Shown: one piece after another, positions 48,001 to 61,875 of the stretch
How the letters are laid out: each line of letters opens with the position of its first letter
Position numbering within the stretch: the stretch's first letter is position 1
Made by a program: the position numbers and the translations under genes
The notes under the pieces: generated by a model
Seen by the model: the letters and a program-made list of their open reading frames with translations, nothing else
Told to the model about the DNA's origin: nothing
Database searches by the model: none
Assembly: GCF_006345805.1 (NCBI RefSeq)
Contig: NC_042997.1
Location: 139,748,001 to 139,812,000, forward strand
Source of the DNA: Octopus sinensis
Lineage: Eukaryota
DNA length: 64,000 bases
Direction of reading: 5' to 3'

Positions 48001-51000
48001 AGATTTAAATGTTGAAGTGAATCTAACAGTGTTTTGTGGGTTCTTAAATGGCTTATACACCTTCCACACTGCAATTGTTTTTGTTTCAACACATGATCTC
48101 AGATCAAGTCACTTTCTATACAAATACATCTCTGTAAGTACTAAAATTGTTTAGCTTAATGGTACAGAGTGCTCAGCTGGAATTTGTGAAGTACAGGGTT
48201 TGATTCTCTGTAGTGGCTGCATACTGGAAGTTATGAGGCAACAAAATCAGTGGGGTACACATCTGTAATTACGCCAACAAAACTATCCAGTGTTCACAGT
48301 AAAGGGTATTAACTCCAGGTTTTACGACTTAAATTTGTGGAAACAAACCCCCCCAAAAACACCTATCTTGAGAATCCATGGTCCAATTTATGTGAAACTT
48401 GTTTTATTCCACTTTTATTCACATTTCAGGAGTACTTTACTTTTGGAGTATTTTCCCATTATGTACGAGTTTGGCTGTATTAAATGACAGACAAGAAAGC
48501 AAGCATGCAATAAAAGAATTTTAGTAGTATGTAGATAGATCGATAAAATGTCTGATAAATAGAAACATTCTCTGTGAGGTTCATTCTCATCTAGTTTATA
48601 AATTAAACAAAAAGCATATAAAAATAATTACAATCTTTACTATGACATCAATATTAAAGAAATACTAGTCTATAGAAATAGTCAGTCTTACATTGAGGCT
48701 GCGAGATCTTTCAACAACGGCTTTTTAAGTGCTTGCTTTACTGAAGTTAATTTTTCTTCTTTTATTACACTTTGAACATTCTAAAATGAAGAAAACAATA
48801 TAAGCAAACATAAGGTAACTTTTATACATAATAGAGAGCATGTAATAGTTGAATTAGTACAAAAAAATGTAATACAAGTGGTAAGCTCCCAGTGAACTGA
48901 ATTTAAAATTAGAATATTTCACTTATTCTCCTAACACACGAGAAAAATATGAATGTCAAAGTTTTCAGTCTTCTATTTTTCAGAAAGGAGATGACAAGAT
49001 AAAATTAACTCTTTAATTTGATGGGAACAACCTCTCTTGCACTGGTAGCATGATAAAATGCACCCAGTTCATGCTATTAAGTGACAGGAGATAAAAAGGG
49101 TATCTGTGAAAAAGAAAAAAAAAGCCAAAAACATGAAATGAATAGAGATGTGGAGACTGTAAAATCTGTGAAGGCAACTTGTCTATGAACAAAGGTAACT
49201 TTTAATTAAAAACATTGATGCAGAACAGAGGAGACTGCTACAGACGTCCCTGCTCATACTGGTGATGGTAATATGATAAAATTTACTCAGTTCATGTTAT
49301 TGATTCATAACAGGAAGGGGATCCAGCCACAAAAACCAGATACAACCAATAAAGGCCTTAATCTCTTTTACTGTCATATCATACCATTTTTTGCAGCATA
49401 GTTATTGGGCTTAGCAGCCTTGACAGGTGTGGCACTCTTATTACTTTCTCTAACCAAAATGTCCCAAAGTACACCATCCCAGAACAGGGAAAGGAAATCC
49501 AGTGGGCCACTTTCTCCATTTATATGAGGTGGAATATCCTTTGGGCCGTAGGGTGGTTAGGACTAAAATGTCTTGCTGTAAAACCAGCTGTATCTCATCT
49601 CCAGGGACCAGGAATATTCATGTTTACAAGCCTCTGCCAAGCCCACTACAACACACCCCATTCCTATTAGCCTGGGGTATTTGGGCATGCACTGCAGCAT
49701 TGTCTACATTGTGTACAAGTTCACTTTGATCACTGTCAGAATCGCTGGGCAATTCTTCACTAGTTTCTTGCTCAAAATCTCTTTTGTTATCGTAATCAGA
49801 CTTGTTTAAATCCTCATAATCATCACTGAGATTCTGAGCTAGTGCTTCTTCAGCACTGACAGACATTCTTGGCAAAATTCAAGCACAAAATAAGGAATCC
49901 ACGATAGAACATGTATGCTGAAGACCCGAAATAACACGCTCGCTGACTGGTTGCGAAGTAGTTCAAGTGGCTATTTTTATAGTGTGTAACAAAATGAAGA
50001 CACGTGGAGTGTCAGTAGACCAGCATTTCGGAAATATGCAGCCTTGGCGTAGTGCTGGTGCACTGGCATTTCAGGTTCTAAGGGTTAATGTGTTGAAAGC
50101 TACAGAATGATGATGAATCAAAACCGCTTACTATTTATCATAGCTATATATTACGTTGTCAACATTTGTGCACAATATATTTATTTATATTATAGTGAGA
50201 ATAGATACTAACGATCTTAATTTCGGAAAGCATTAATGTTAACAAATCAAAATAATAAAAAAATTAAAATCATTATTGTAATGATTGTATGCCTGACACT
50301 CTAACCACAGAGCCTTGCGTCTTCATGAGAGAAACAACAAAAAAGGAAATACATCCCCAACAAAATCAATAAACCATTGCCTGAATGCTTACTGAAATTC
50401 TTTTTCTCCTACATAAACAATAATATACCCATATCCATCAATGCGAAGCTAGCATCTTTAGTTTTCCACTGATACACTGGATAAAACCAGGGAACTTGGA
50501 TGCTGACATCCCTTTAAAAGAATTAACATCGTCTGTTTTTCTGTCCTTGTTTTCATATACATTCGATGCTTTTTTCCAAGGAATCTAATGCTCTTAGCTT
50601 AGTTTTTCCTTGGGGCTGGCCAGATTGGAGCAATCTCAAGATTAATCAGCCGAAATTGCGAGGATGATCCAGTTCTTGATTGATGATAAAAGGCTTCGAA
50701 TGACCAGTCCTTGTTTTTTTGTATCGTCTATTTGGATGTTTTGTTGTCCCTTTTCGTATCATCTAGTTGTCTGGATGTTTTGCGTTCTTGTCCCATTTTG
50801 TATTTTATTTTATATATCTATGATGGAATCTCCTGTCAAAGATGAATATGAATGTTCAGTTTTTGCTGAACAACCTGCACAAATGATTTGCTTTACAGTG
50901 GTCAAATGTATGTGCTGTACATTAGCTCCCTCCCTCCCTCAACATGGCCTGTTCAGGTGCACAAGTGTGCTACAAGTCAGATGTCAAGATGATTGCAGAG

Positions 51001-54000
51001 TAACATGATATGAAGTGTTTTTCGCTCAAGAACACTACACAGCGCCCAGATATATCATTACATATGTTATTATCATCATTATTTAACATCCACTCTCCAT
51101 GCTGGCATGGGTTGGACGGTTTGACAGGAGCTGGTTAGGCAGAAGACTGCATCAGGCTTCAGTGTCTGTTTTGGAATGTATATATAAACACAAACATCAG
51201 ACTTTCTGTAAAAAAAAGCAATCCTACTGTAATCACGAAAATCACCATCAAACAACACACTACTAACAACCATGATTATGTTTTTCTAGAGTTGCTACAG
51301 GTGTCTAATTATGAAAGTCAGATAACATATTTACATACTGATTTATATGTGTAAAAAGTAACTGAATAAACAGAGGAATCAATAAATGCTATGCTTAGAA
51401 ACTGGACAATGTAACATACCTTGGGTTTACCTTCTTTGAAATATTGCTTCTGTGGTCCTCCAATAACAGTATCCCCTCCCAATATTGGAACAAGGTCTGC
51501 CACAGCATGTAAACTGGCAGACACTAGTTTGTCATTTACATCACGAAGTCCAAGAAGCAACTAAAAGAAAGAAGCAACATTCAGAACTTGTAAAACTGTA
51601 GTATTCAGAATGGGTATTTTTAAGAATGAACTTTAAAAGTATACTATATGTAACTATATGCAAAGAAATAAACCTGGAGTATTATTGCTAAAACCAACTA
51701 ATACAGGGAATGGGGCACCAAATGTGAGCTTTGCACTACCAAAAAAACCAAACATCATCTAATCAAAAGCTAATAGTTTAAATATTGGGGATGAAACCTC
51801 CCCCTGCAAGCATAAGCAAAATTTTACACTCCAAAACTTCAAAGAGGATTCCACTTATTTTATAAACTGTACTGGAATTTTATAAACTGTACTGCATTAC
51901 AGCAGTGAGTTCTTAATAAAGTGGGTCAATAACAAGTATGTCATTTCTCTGTTGGGCTTTTTGGGCAAGTATGAAAGTATGAATATCATATATCTGAGGT
52001 TTTATGCATGCATAATTGTCATTATTTAAAAGAATTGCAATTGAAAATATTAAACTAAATCATGATACAAAATAAGAAAAGAAAATATTTATTTTACTAA
52101 GTTATATGTGTAATACATAATGAAACTAGCCCCAAGATCTCTAAGGTTACATTACTAATAGTAGACAGTTAATTTAAGTTACTTGGGACTCTATAAAACA
52201 ATCTAAATATCTGCAATAAGCTTTATGACTAAAAACGCTAATATAAAAATGATGTAATGAAATTTTATCTTTAAAAAACATTCCTCGTTGAATTAATAAC
52301 AAGAAATGAAAGCAAGATATAAACTTAAGTTGAAAATTAAAATCTCATTAGGAAGAAATACAGAAGTTTTGTACAACTGTCCATAACCTTATAAGGTAAA
52401 TCTATGCTTTAGAATTGTATACATATGACTAGACCCAATGTTATAATAATATATATTAAGACACAATAACTTTACTTGCCTCACCCTAACTGACTGAATA
52501 CCGAGGAAAGAAAATTGCACAAATAAATGAAAGGCAAATGATTGCAAAATACAATAGTCACCTGTGGGAAAATTACTTCCTCAATTTCTTCTTTTTCAAA
52601 TAACTCAACATAATAACGGAAATATTTCAAAAGAAGTAGACGGATATGAACTTCACGGACTTTGAAAATGTTTACCAATTCTGGAATGACGTACTTTTTA
52701 AATACGGGTTTACTGAAGATTGACAATGAACAAGGAGTGCTGCTTGACTTCTCACTGGAATCGTTATTCTGAGCTGTGAAAATAATGCAAAAATATGCTG
52801 TTGCTTTAGCTTATGAATTTGAATATAGTTTCCATTCAGTAAATTCAATTCAAATTGAATTAAAATTATTTAATTCATTAAGAATATTCAGAGCATCCAT
52901 ATGCTTCTGCACTTGGAAAGGTCCACTCCAAGGAGTAACACTCAACAAGATATTTTATCAAAGATCAGCAGTTATCCATACATGCAAATCTCTTCTTTCC
53001 ATGCCTTGACCTCATTCAAAGGTAAAGGCAGAACTGACACACTTCTGTAGCAGTGGTATTGCAGGTGTTGCCACCATAACACAAAGAGCAAAATACCCAG
53101 AACAGACACTCTAACAATTCTGCCAGTCAAGTGTCCTGGCCAAGTATGCTACTTACTGACTTTGGAAAGATGAAACACAAAGTTGACCTTTGATGGGAGT
53201 CAGTTTTAGAAGAGAAAGTTGGAGGAAGAAATATGGCAAGTCACCCTATCCAATGCTCTAACAACTCAGCCAACAATCCACTTTTTGCCAGTGCCACATA
53301 AAAAGCACTTGTGCAGTATCATGTTAAAAGCACCCAGCACACATTGTATAGTGGTTGATGTTAGGAAGGGCATCCAGCCATAGAAACCAAGCCAAATCAT
53401 ATTGAAATCTGGTGTAGCTCTCCAGCTTGCCAACTCTAGACAAACTATCCAACTCATGCAAGCATGGAAAACAGGCATTAAACGATGATGATGATGATGA
53501 TGATAAACATATTCATCTGCAACATATAATGTCCATTTTGCCATGCTTGCATGGGTAAATGGAGTTTACCGAGGTAAATTTTCTACGGCCAAATGCCCTT
53601 CTTGTCATCAACCCTCACATGTTCCCAAGCAAGGTAATACTTTCTCATGGCCAGATATATTTTTGCAATATACTGGAAATGAATGAAATTCATTAACAAC
53701 AATCACACAACCCCAAGATAAAAAGACACACACAGCAGGCTTTTTTCAATTTCTGTCCTCCAAATCTCATCATAAGCCTTTGGTTGGGGCTGGGTCTTGC
53801 CCAAGATGCAACAGAGAAGGACTGATCCAAACACTATGTGGTTGAGAAGCAAACTTTTTAATCACACAACCACACTTGTGCCTATTAATATATTTGTCAA
53901 ATATATTACAATAAACATATCATTTATCATATCCAGCATACAAATTTGTTCAGCAAGATTTCACAAGATCCCAACTCCCACTAAACTCAGTAACTTGAGA

Positions 54001-57000
54001 AAGATGAAAGACAGGCTCGTCCGCTGCAACCCTAATCTTGTGGGCTTGTAGGTGCTGGTGCCACATAAAAAGCACCCAGTATATTCTGTAAAGTGGTTGG
54101 CATTAGGAAGGGTATCTAGCCATAGAAACCATGCAGACAGGGAGCCAGAACAGCCCTTTAGCTGGTCAGCTCCTGTCAAACTATCCAACCCATGCCAGCA
54201 TGGTAAACGGATGTTAAATTATGATGATGATGATGATGATGATACAAACACACACAAACAGGTTTCTTTCAGTTTCTGATTAGCAAATTCACTCATAAGA
54301 ATTTGGTTGTCCCAGGACTATAGTAGGAGACACTTGCCCAAAGTGTCATGAAGTGGGACTGAACCTAAAAACCATGTAGTTGGAAAGCAAGCTTATTACC
54401 ACACCAACACACCATAAAATACTATTCAGCTAAAGTGTTACTTCACTGGAATAAAGAAAAAATGTAATCAAAGAAAAAATATAGTTGATATAGCACAAAC
54501 CTTGTTGAGGAATAAGAAGACTTGGAAGCAAGAACTCTTCAGCATCTTTGTTCAAGACAACAAACCGAGAAAGCAATAAATGAATCAACTGACTCCCAAC
54601 CAGTTCTTCAGAATATTCCTGCAGCATTGAAACAACTTGGCTGCAAAAATAAACAAATAAGTAAGCAAACAAAGCAGCAGTAGCCTCTCCACCAAATTTC
54701 AAGCCTTGCGCCTATAATAGAAAGGATTATCTATATATTTAAAACTGAGAATGTGTGTGCGTGTCTGTCTGTATGTGTGCATCACTAAAACTCAAGAACT
54801 ACCCAACCAATTTCATTCAAATTTTACACATGCCTTACTTGGGGTACATGGAGTGTCATGGGCCAAAAACGTAAGATAGCATTTGCTAAAATATTAGTTT
54901 CAAATTTTGGTACAAGGCCAGCAATTTCAGTGGAAGGAGTAAGTCGATTACATTGACCCCAGTGCTCAACTGGTACTTATTTTATTGACCCCAAAAGAAT
55001 GAAAGGCAAAGTTGATCTTAATGGAATTTGAGCTCAGAACACAAAGACAGCCAAAATGCTGCTAAGCATTTTGCCAGTGTGCTAATGATTCTGTCAGCTT
55101 GCCACCTTAACATTTGCTAAAATGTTGACATCTGAAATCAGTAAAACATTGCAAAAGTGTTTGTCTTTCTTTCTCTTTTGGTGTAACATGTATCTCTGAA
55201 AGGGATTTTTCTAAGTTAAAGAAATAAACTGGGACACACCTGAAGAAATCTGTTTTCTCTTCGCTAGATTTTAATGTGATGTTTTTGAGGAAAAGTTTAA
55301 CTTCAAGAAAATGGTTTCTGAAAGAAAAAAAAAATTAAATAAAATTAATGCAAGTTATATCCTTTCTCTTACTCTTTTTTTTACGTCTACCACCACACAT
55401 TAAAAAAAATTCTTGAATTTAACTGACTTAACTAACAATAGGGGTTCATACAACCAGTACCTAGCTCTAGATTCTGTAATGTTAAAGGGATGAGATAAAT
55501 CACCCCTCTGAAAAGGACATCAGTCTCTCTTAAATGACTTACATATTTTCAATAATAAAGTGAAATGAAGCATGTAAAAATAAATGCTTTGCCTAAACAT
55601 ACAAACCTTAACAACCTATACTAAATATATAGTCACACATACATAAATTTCATCACACATACAGAGAGAGATTGTGTGTGTGTGTGAGAGAGAGAGAGAG
55701 AATGTATGTGAGAGTGAGAGAGAAAGAGTGAGACAATGTGTTTGTACGTGGTCTGATCAATAAGTATCTGGACTGTTGACATAGTAATGAAACTAAAGCA
55801 TGCAGAGTGAAGCTGCTTGGCACAGATTGGCCTTGAATTCTACTGTGCATGCACACTAAGTTTTAATATTCTAGCTCGTTTTCACTGTTTACAACAGTGC
55901 TTGGAAGGAAGGTGTGTAGCATGTGATCATCACATTGATCATGACAGAGAAAGTTGAGCAGAGAATCTGCATCAAATTTTGCCAAAAGCTTGGTGATACC
56001 TGCTCAGAGGTCTACACAAAGTTTTCAAAAAGTTTTCATTCTTCTCAACACAATCAAGGATATCTTGTGCAACTGAAACTTGAATGTCTTAGGCACAAAC
56101 TTGGCAGACATATGTCTCATACTGAAATCTTCAATGATAATGGACTGAATTGAACCGTAACTAATCTGCACATCCTCTAATAACTCATGAATGGTGACTC
56201 AATGTTCTCCCCTCACAGTTGCACACACATTTGTGATGTTTTTCTCAGTTCCCAGAACATTCGTCAATACCGATATTTTTTCAGCTATCTTGGAGATGTC
56301 TGAACTCATATACTTGTGTGCAGTTTATACACTCCTCTCGATACATTTTTTGCAACTTTGCACAGGCCTCTGAGCAACTATCGCCATGGCAACTTTCTCT
56401 GTCATGGTCAATGCGATGATCACATGCTACACACCTTCCTTCCAAGCACTGTTGTAAACAGCAAAGTGAGCTAGGATATTAAAACTTAGTGCGCATGCAC
56501 AGCAGAATTCAAGGTCAATCTTTGCCAAGCAGCTTTAGTTTTGCCTTCATGCTTTAGTTTCGTTACTATGGCAACAGTCCAGAACTTATTGATCAGACCT
56601 CATATATGTATATAACTGGATAGATGTCTGTCCATCCCTGGCAGTAGCTCTTTTTGAAGCATGTATATTGAAACATGACACTAGCATAAGCTTTCAAACA
56701 CACACTACAACTAAGAGATTTAGTCTTTTATTTCAGCATAATTCTTGTCCATATTTCAAATTTCAACTATTTCATCAAATTTTGAAAATGAATGAATCAA
56801 AATTATACCATAACATCCTCTAAGATTTCAATATAAAAATGACAACCCACTGACACGATTTAAGAAAAGGTGGGGGGAAAATAGATGTAAAAATAAATAT
56901 AAATTCCTGCATTGCACTTTTCTAACAAGTGGATTGATGTTGGGATTAAAACAAAAGTAGCATCGCAGAACCATTACAGCTATTAAAAATGCCCTTACAC

Positions 57001-60000
57001 TTTATTAATTTTTTTTTTATATAGATAATATATATTTTTAGCTATCTAAATGCTAAGTTAAGTTATTATTTTAAAGCTAATCTGAGAATAACAACAGAAC
57101 TTTTACTGATGGAGTGACTCAATACAGAGAGACGAGTCAACTCATATTCTTAAGTGTCAAAACTTTCATTGTACATTTAAGATCTTGTTTACTGAGACTC
57201 AATCAGTGAACAGGTTGTAGATGTACAAACAGAGTTTTGAGGAATAAACTAAGTTTAGATGAAAGACTTTGATACCTAATGATTACAATAACTCTACTGT
57301 AAGTAAGTAACTAAATTTAGTTACATTCTATTAACTAAAATGACGAGAGGCTGAGTGTAAGTGAATTAAGAAAGCAGTTTAGCATCAAAGACATTTGTTG
57401 GAAAGGTGAATGTGGTATTAATTGAAGGAAGTGGAGAAGTGAAAGCTGAAAATGCAAGGAATCAGTGATAAAATGAAGATATGATATGTACATATTTGGT
57501 ACATAGATAAAATGAAGATGTGGTACATACATAATGCAAAAAATTAATTAAACAATGAAGATAATGATGATCATAACTATCAAAAATTCTCTAGCATTTG
57601 CCCACAAGTGACTGGTCAAGTTGACAAAGAAACAAAAAAAATATCTGACTCACTCGTATTTAAAAAGGCGATCAGTCAACAAACATTTTAATGGTGGTCT
57701 TTGTTTTGGGTCTCGACTGAGATACTCATCTTGAATTCGCAATTCAAATGTTTTAAAAAGGTCTCCTAAGAAAACAAATAATAATAATAAATAGACAAAA
57801 AGTGGTAATATATTTACTTTTAAACATTACTTTTGATTATCACATGGAATTGTGATTGAAAAACGGTGTAAACATGAAAACCCTGTACAAAACAACATGA
57901 TGGTGTAAACCAACAAGAATATAACCTAATTACTGACACAGACCAAATCAGGCACTAAGTACATTTCATATATATATACACATTATACACATCTCATCAT
58001 ACACAAAGTGCCCATTACGTATTAAATGCAAACTCAAACAAAAATTATAGGCATGATATTGTATCAACAAAGCCAGTCCTACTATACAAAACTCTCATTG
58101 TCAATGTTGTTTTTTTTCTTATCTGTACAGAACTTTTACTATCTCTCTTTGTGTATGGATTACTTTGAAAAAACTGGTAAAGCAACACTTATTTTATGTA
58201 TTATATCTAATTATCATGTAAAATTAGTGGTTGAAATATCGCATGTGTAAATGTGAAGCCCATATACAAAACAACAGCATTTGGGCATATACCACTGAGA
58301 ATATAGCCAAACTACCAACATGAAAAATCAAGCAAAGTGTTTGGAAAAAGTAACAATTTTGAATTACAACACTTCTTTCAACCTCATCACTTCTAGCACT
58401 GCCATTACCTTAGTGGTTACTAGAACAGACAGCCGCAACAACAACAATAATAGTAATAACAATAGTAGTAATGGTGGTAATAATAATGATAGTAATAAAA
58501 ATAATAGGGTAAGGAATACCAAGTTGAAACCTAGCATGGGATAGCCTCTCTAGATGAAGGTAGATAGATTGACAGGGATAGTGTCATGATAAAAACACTG
58601 GTAGTTGCATGACCTGACAAATTGTTACCTCATATGAATGACAATGACAAATCAAAATTTTGAGAACAAATGTGTTAATGGGACTGAAATCTATGATGGT
58701 GAAGGTGTTATGCCTAGCATGCTTGGAGCAACTGGTCTGGCTTCAGTAGGTTGTAACCCAGTGATAGATCAGCAAACATGGTGAAGGTGGAGTAAACAAA
58801 TAAATATTGTGATCATGGAGTGTTAATACCTGAGCAATCCTGTAGACAAAAATGGTTCTCCTGTTATGGGCTACAAGCAATGTAGACAACAGAGAGAAAG
58901 CAGTTTGTTTCAACTCACTGAACAGAAATTATGTGACTAAGCTAGAGCAATAATAAAAAAAATTGCTGATTGCCAGAAGTGGAGCATGAAGTTATCAAAA
59001 GACAGGTATTAGAAAACAACAGCAAAAGAAATGAGGGAAATACAGATCTTTGTGAGAAAAAGGAAATTACAGTAGAGGACAGGGGTGAGATTTCTGGTAA
59101 CCAACTGGAAAAGGACAGTGATAGTTTGTTTGTCCAGTGAGAGACATATAGATGGTCTGGAAGACAATGAAATTAATGAAGACATGAACAGAAGGCAATA
59201 TATGACAGAATAAAAGCATGGTTACAGGAGGACAATAGCAACATTATTTGCAACCTTAAAAAGGTTGACTGATGGAAGCTGAACCAAGAAACAAAAAGGG
59301 TGAATGAAATTCTGAAATACATCAAGGCAGAAAAACATTACAGAAACAATTAATTTGATCAAGTCAGCAAGCATTTTTGCAGCACAAAATATGGGTGTAG
59401 GTGTCAAGAAAAAGAAAAAGACAATACAAAAGACCAGAGAAAAGAACATAATCATTATCATTTAACATCCGTTGACCAGGACTGGCAAATTGAAAGGCTA
59501 CACATGTCCTTGGCTGATACAGCCCATGTTTCACTGCATAGCTGTTTGCACACAGGCATCATACTCTGAGAGAGAGGCCCTTTGTTGCCAGCAGAGGTTG
59601 GAGCTCTCTGAACTATTCTTATTCTTATAGCTACACTCACAGAGCATCCATCTCTGCTACTAACTTGGTCACCTAGGTAACGGAAGCTACTACATCTAGC
59701 TTACCCCTCTTGTAGTTGATAGAGAATATTTTCTGTACATTTTTAATGTTTATTGTACCTGGGCATCTTCCACATACAAAAGCTATTTTCCCTGTTAATC
59801 TTCCTCTCATATTTTCCAAGGTGGAAAAGAATACAAGCCAGTATAGATACGCTCTTGGAGGACATTTCTGCTTTAAATCAAAAAGAGAAGAGAGAACTAA
59901 GAAATGAACAAAAATATAAAGCATTGAAAGAAAAGGCCAAAAAATAGTAATGGAAGAACTCAAGCAACATCATATTGCAAATAAAACAAAGATGGCAAGA

Positions 60001-61833
60001 TATGGCCAAAGAATGAAGAAATATTAATAAAAGAAATTATTCAGGGTAGACCAGAAGAGATTTTACCAAGAAAGAAATGGAGTGTACAGATGAAGTGATG
60101 GTACTAGATAGTAATAGAAGTTAAAGATTTTGGAGTGACATTTGGAGTAAAGATAAGAATAAGAAGGATATTGAATGGTTACAACAGTTTGCCCACAGCA
60201 GGCAGAACTACACATTTCAGTTAGGGATGTGAAGAAAGTCAGAAAAAAGATCAGTAATTGGAAGGATCCAGGACCAGATGTAGTTCAAGGCTACTGGATC
60301 AAAAGATTTAGTGAATGTCATGCACAAATAGCAGAACTCAACACATTGTTACATGCTGAGTTAAATGCCCAGTGACACCAAAGTGAGCTGACTAGGGGCA
60401 AAACTGTTTTACACTTGAAAGGCATTACAAAAGGGAATGCAGTAGATAATTACAGATTGATATTATGCTCATCACCTACAATGTACATCTTAAAGAAAAT
60501 AGTGTTTTACTAGATAAGCAGAAAGAGTACAAGCATAAGTGCAGAGGTACCAAGGATCAACTTCTGATAGACAAAACAGCATTTAGAGATTGATTACCAC
60601 AAAGCCTACGATATGATCCCACACATTCTTGTATCATGGAATATGGATTGCATGAAATGTCAAATGGTTTCTTGGAAAAACTATGGAGAAGTGGAAGACA
60701 GAACTGACAGCAAATGGAAGAAGCTCAAGGAAAATAGAAATCAAGAGAAGTATATTTCAGGGAGATTGTCTGTCACCACTGACTTTTGAATTGTGCATGA
60801 TACCACTAACAATGATTTTGAGGAAAGCTAAGGCTAGGTATGAATTAAATGGTCACCAACAAAAGGTTGACCACTTGTTGTTCATGAATGACCTCAAGCT
60901 TTACAGTAAGGATGAATCCCCGGTCAGTTCCCTCATTGATATGGGGTGCAATAGGTGTATACATTTTTGTAGTCACATCAGAATGCAGTTTGGATTATAA
61001 AAGTGTGGTGTATTAGTCTTGAATAAAGACAAAATTAAACACATGGATTGGTTGGTGATGCCATCAGGAGAGGTTATGAAGCAAATAGAAGAGGTGGGTT
61101 ATAAGTAATTGGAAATATTGAAAATGAACAAAGTAATGGAAAAAGAAATGAAACATTTAAGGAGGAATACTTGCACAGACTAAGACTAGTTCTCAAATCA
61201 AAATTGAAGGAACAGAATAAGATTGAAGCTGTCAACAATGGATTGTCTCACTCCTTAGATAAGGAGCAGGGATAATTGCATGGACAGTAGAAGAGGCAAA
61301 CGGCTTAAACAGAAAGACAAGAAAGCTGTTGACTAGATATAAGGTATTTCATACAAAGAGTGACACAAACTTTATGTATCAAGAAAAAGAGGAGGAAGAA
61401 TGTATGAACCAAGAAATAGAGAAGCCAGCTTGGGTGCAAACACAGCATTATAGCAGAAGAAAACATAGCAGGCTACATAAAAAATGCCACAGAAACACTA
61501 TTGTTGGAAATAAGAAGGCCAGGCTTGTGGAAAATTGAAGATTGCAAAGATAAACACAGTACAAATATTTGAAGATGGATGAAACTGAAATTAGGTGTCT
61601 AGAGAAAAGAACGCATGGACTATTCCATAGAGATGTAGAATATAAAACAAAGATAAAAAGTGGTAATATATAGCTAAGAGTGATTTAAATTTGGGAACAG
61701 GGGCCCTAATCTCTGTTGCTCAAGAGCAACTATTAAGAACTGATTACATTAAACAGAATAGACTACACAGCAGAAATGATAAGTACAAATTCCAAACTCA
61801 CTACCATGAAATAACAGATGTTACTAGAGATTA

Positions 61834-61875
<42 letters not shown>

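Noticed and set aside
50390-50830. Possible extra SCYL3 exon
   Set aside because: Frames are closed or lack splice sites, phases are already satisfied by 51420-51560 to 48692-48780, and the sequence looks like an unclassified interspersed repeat.
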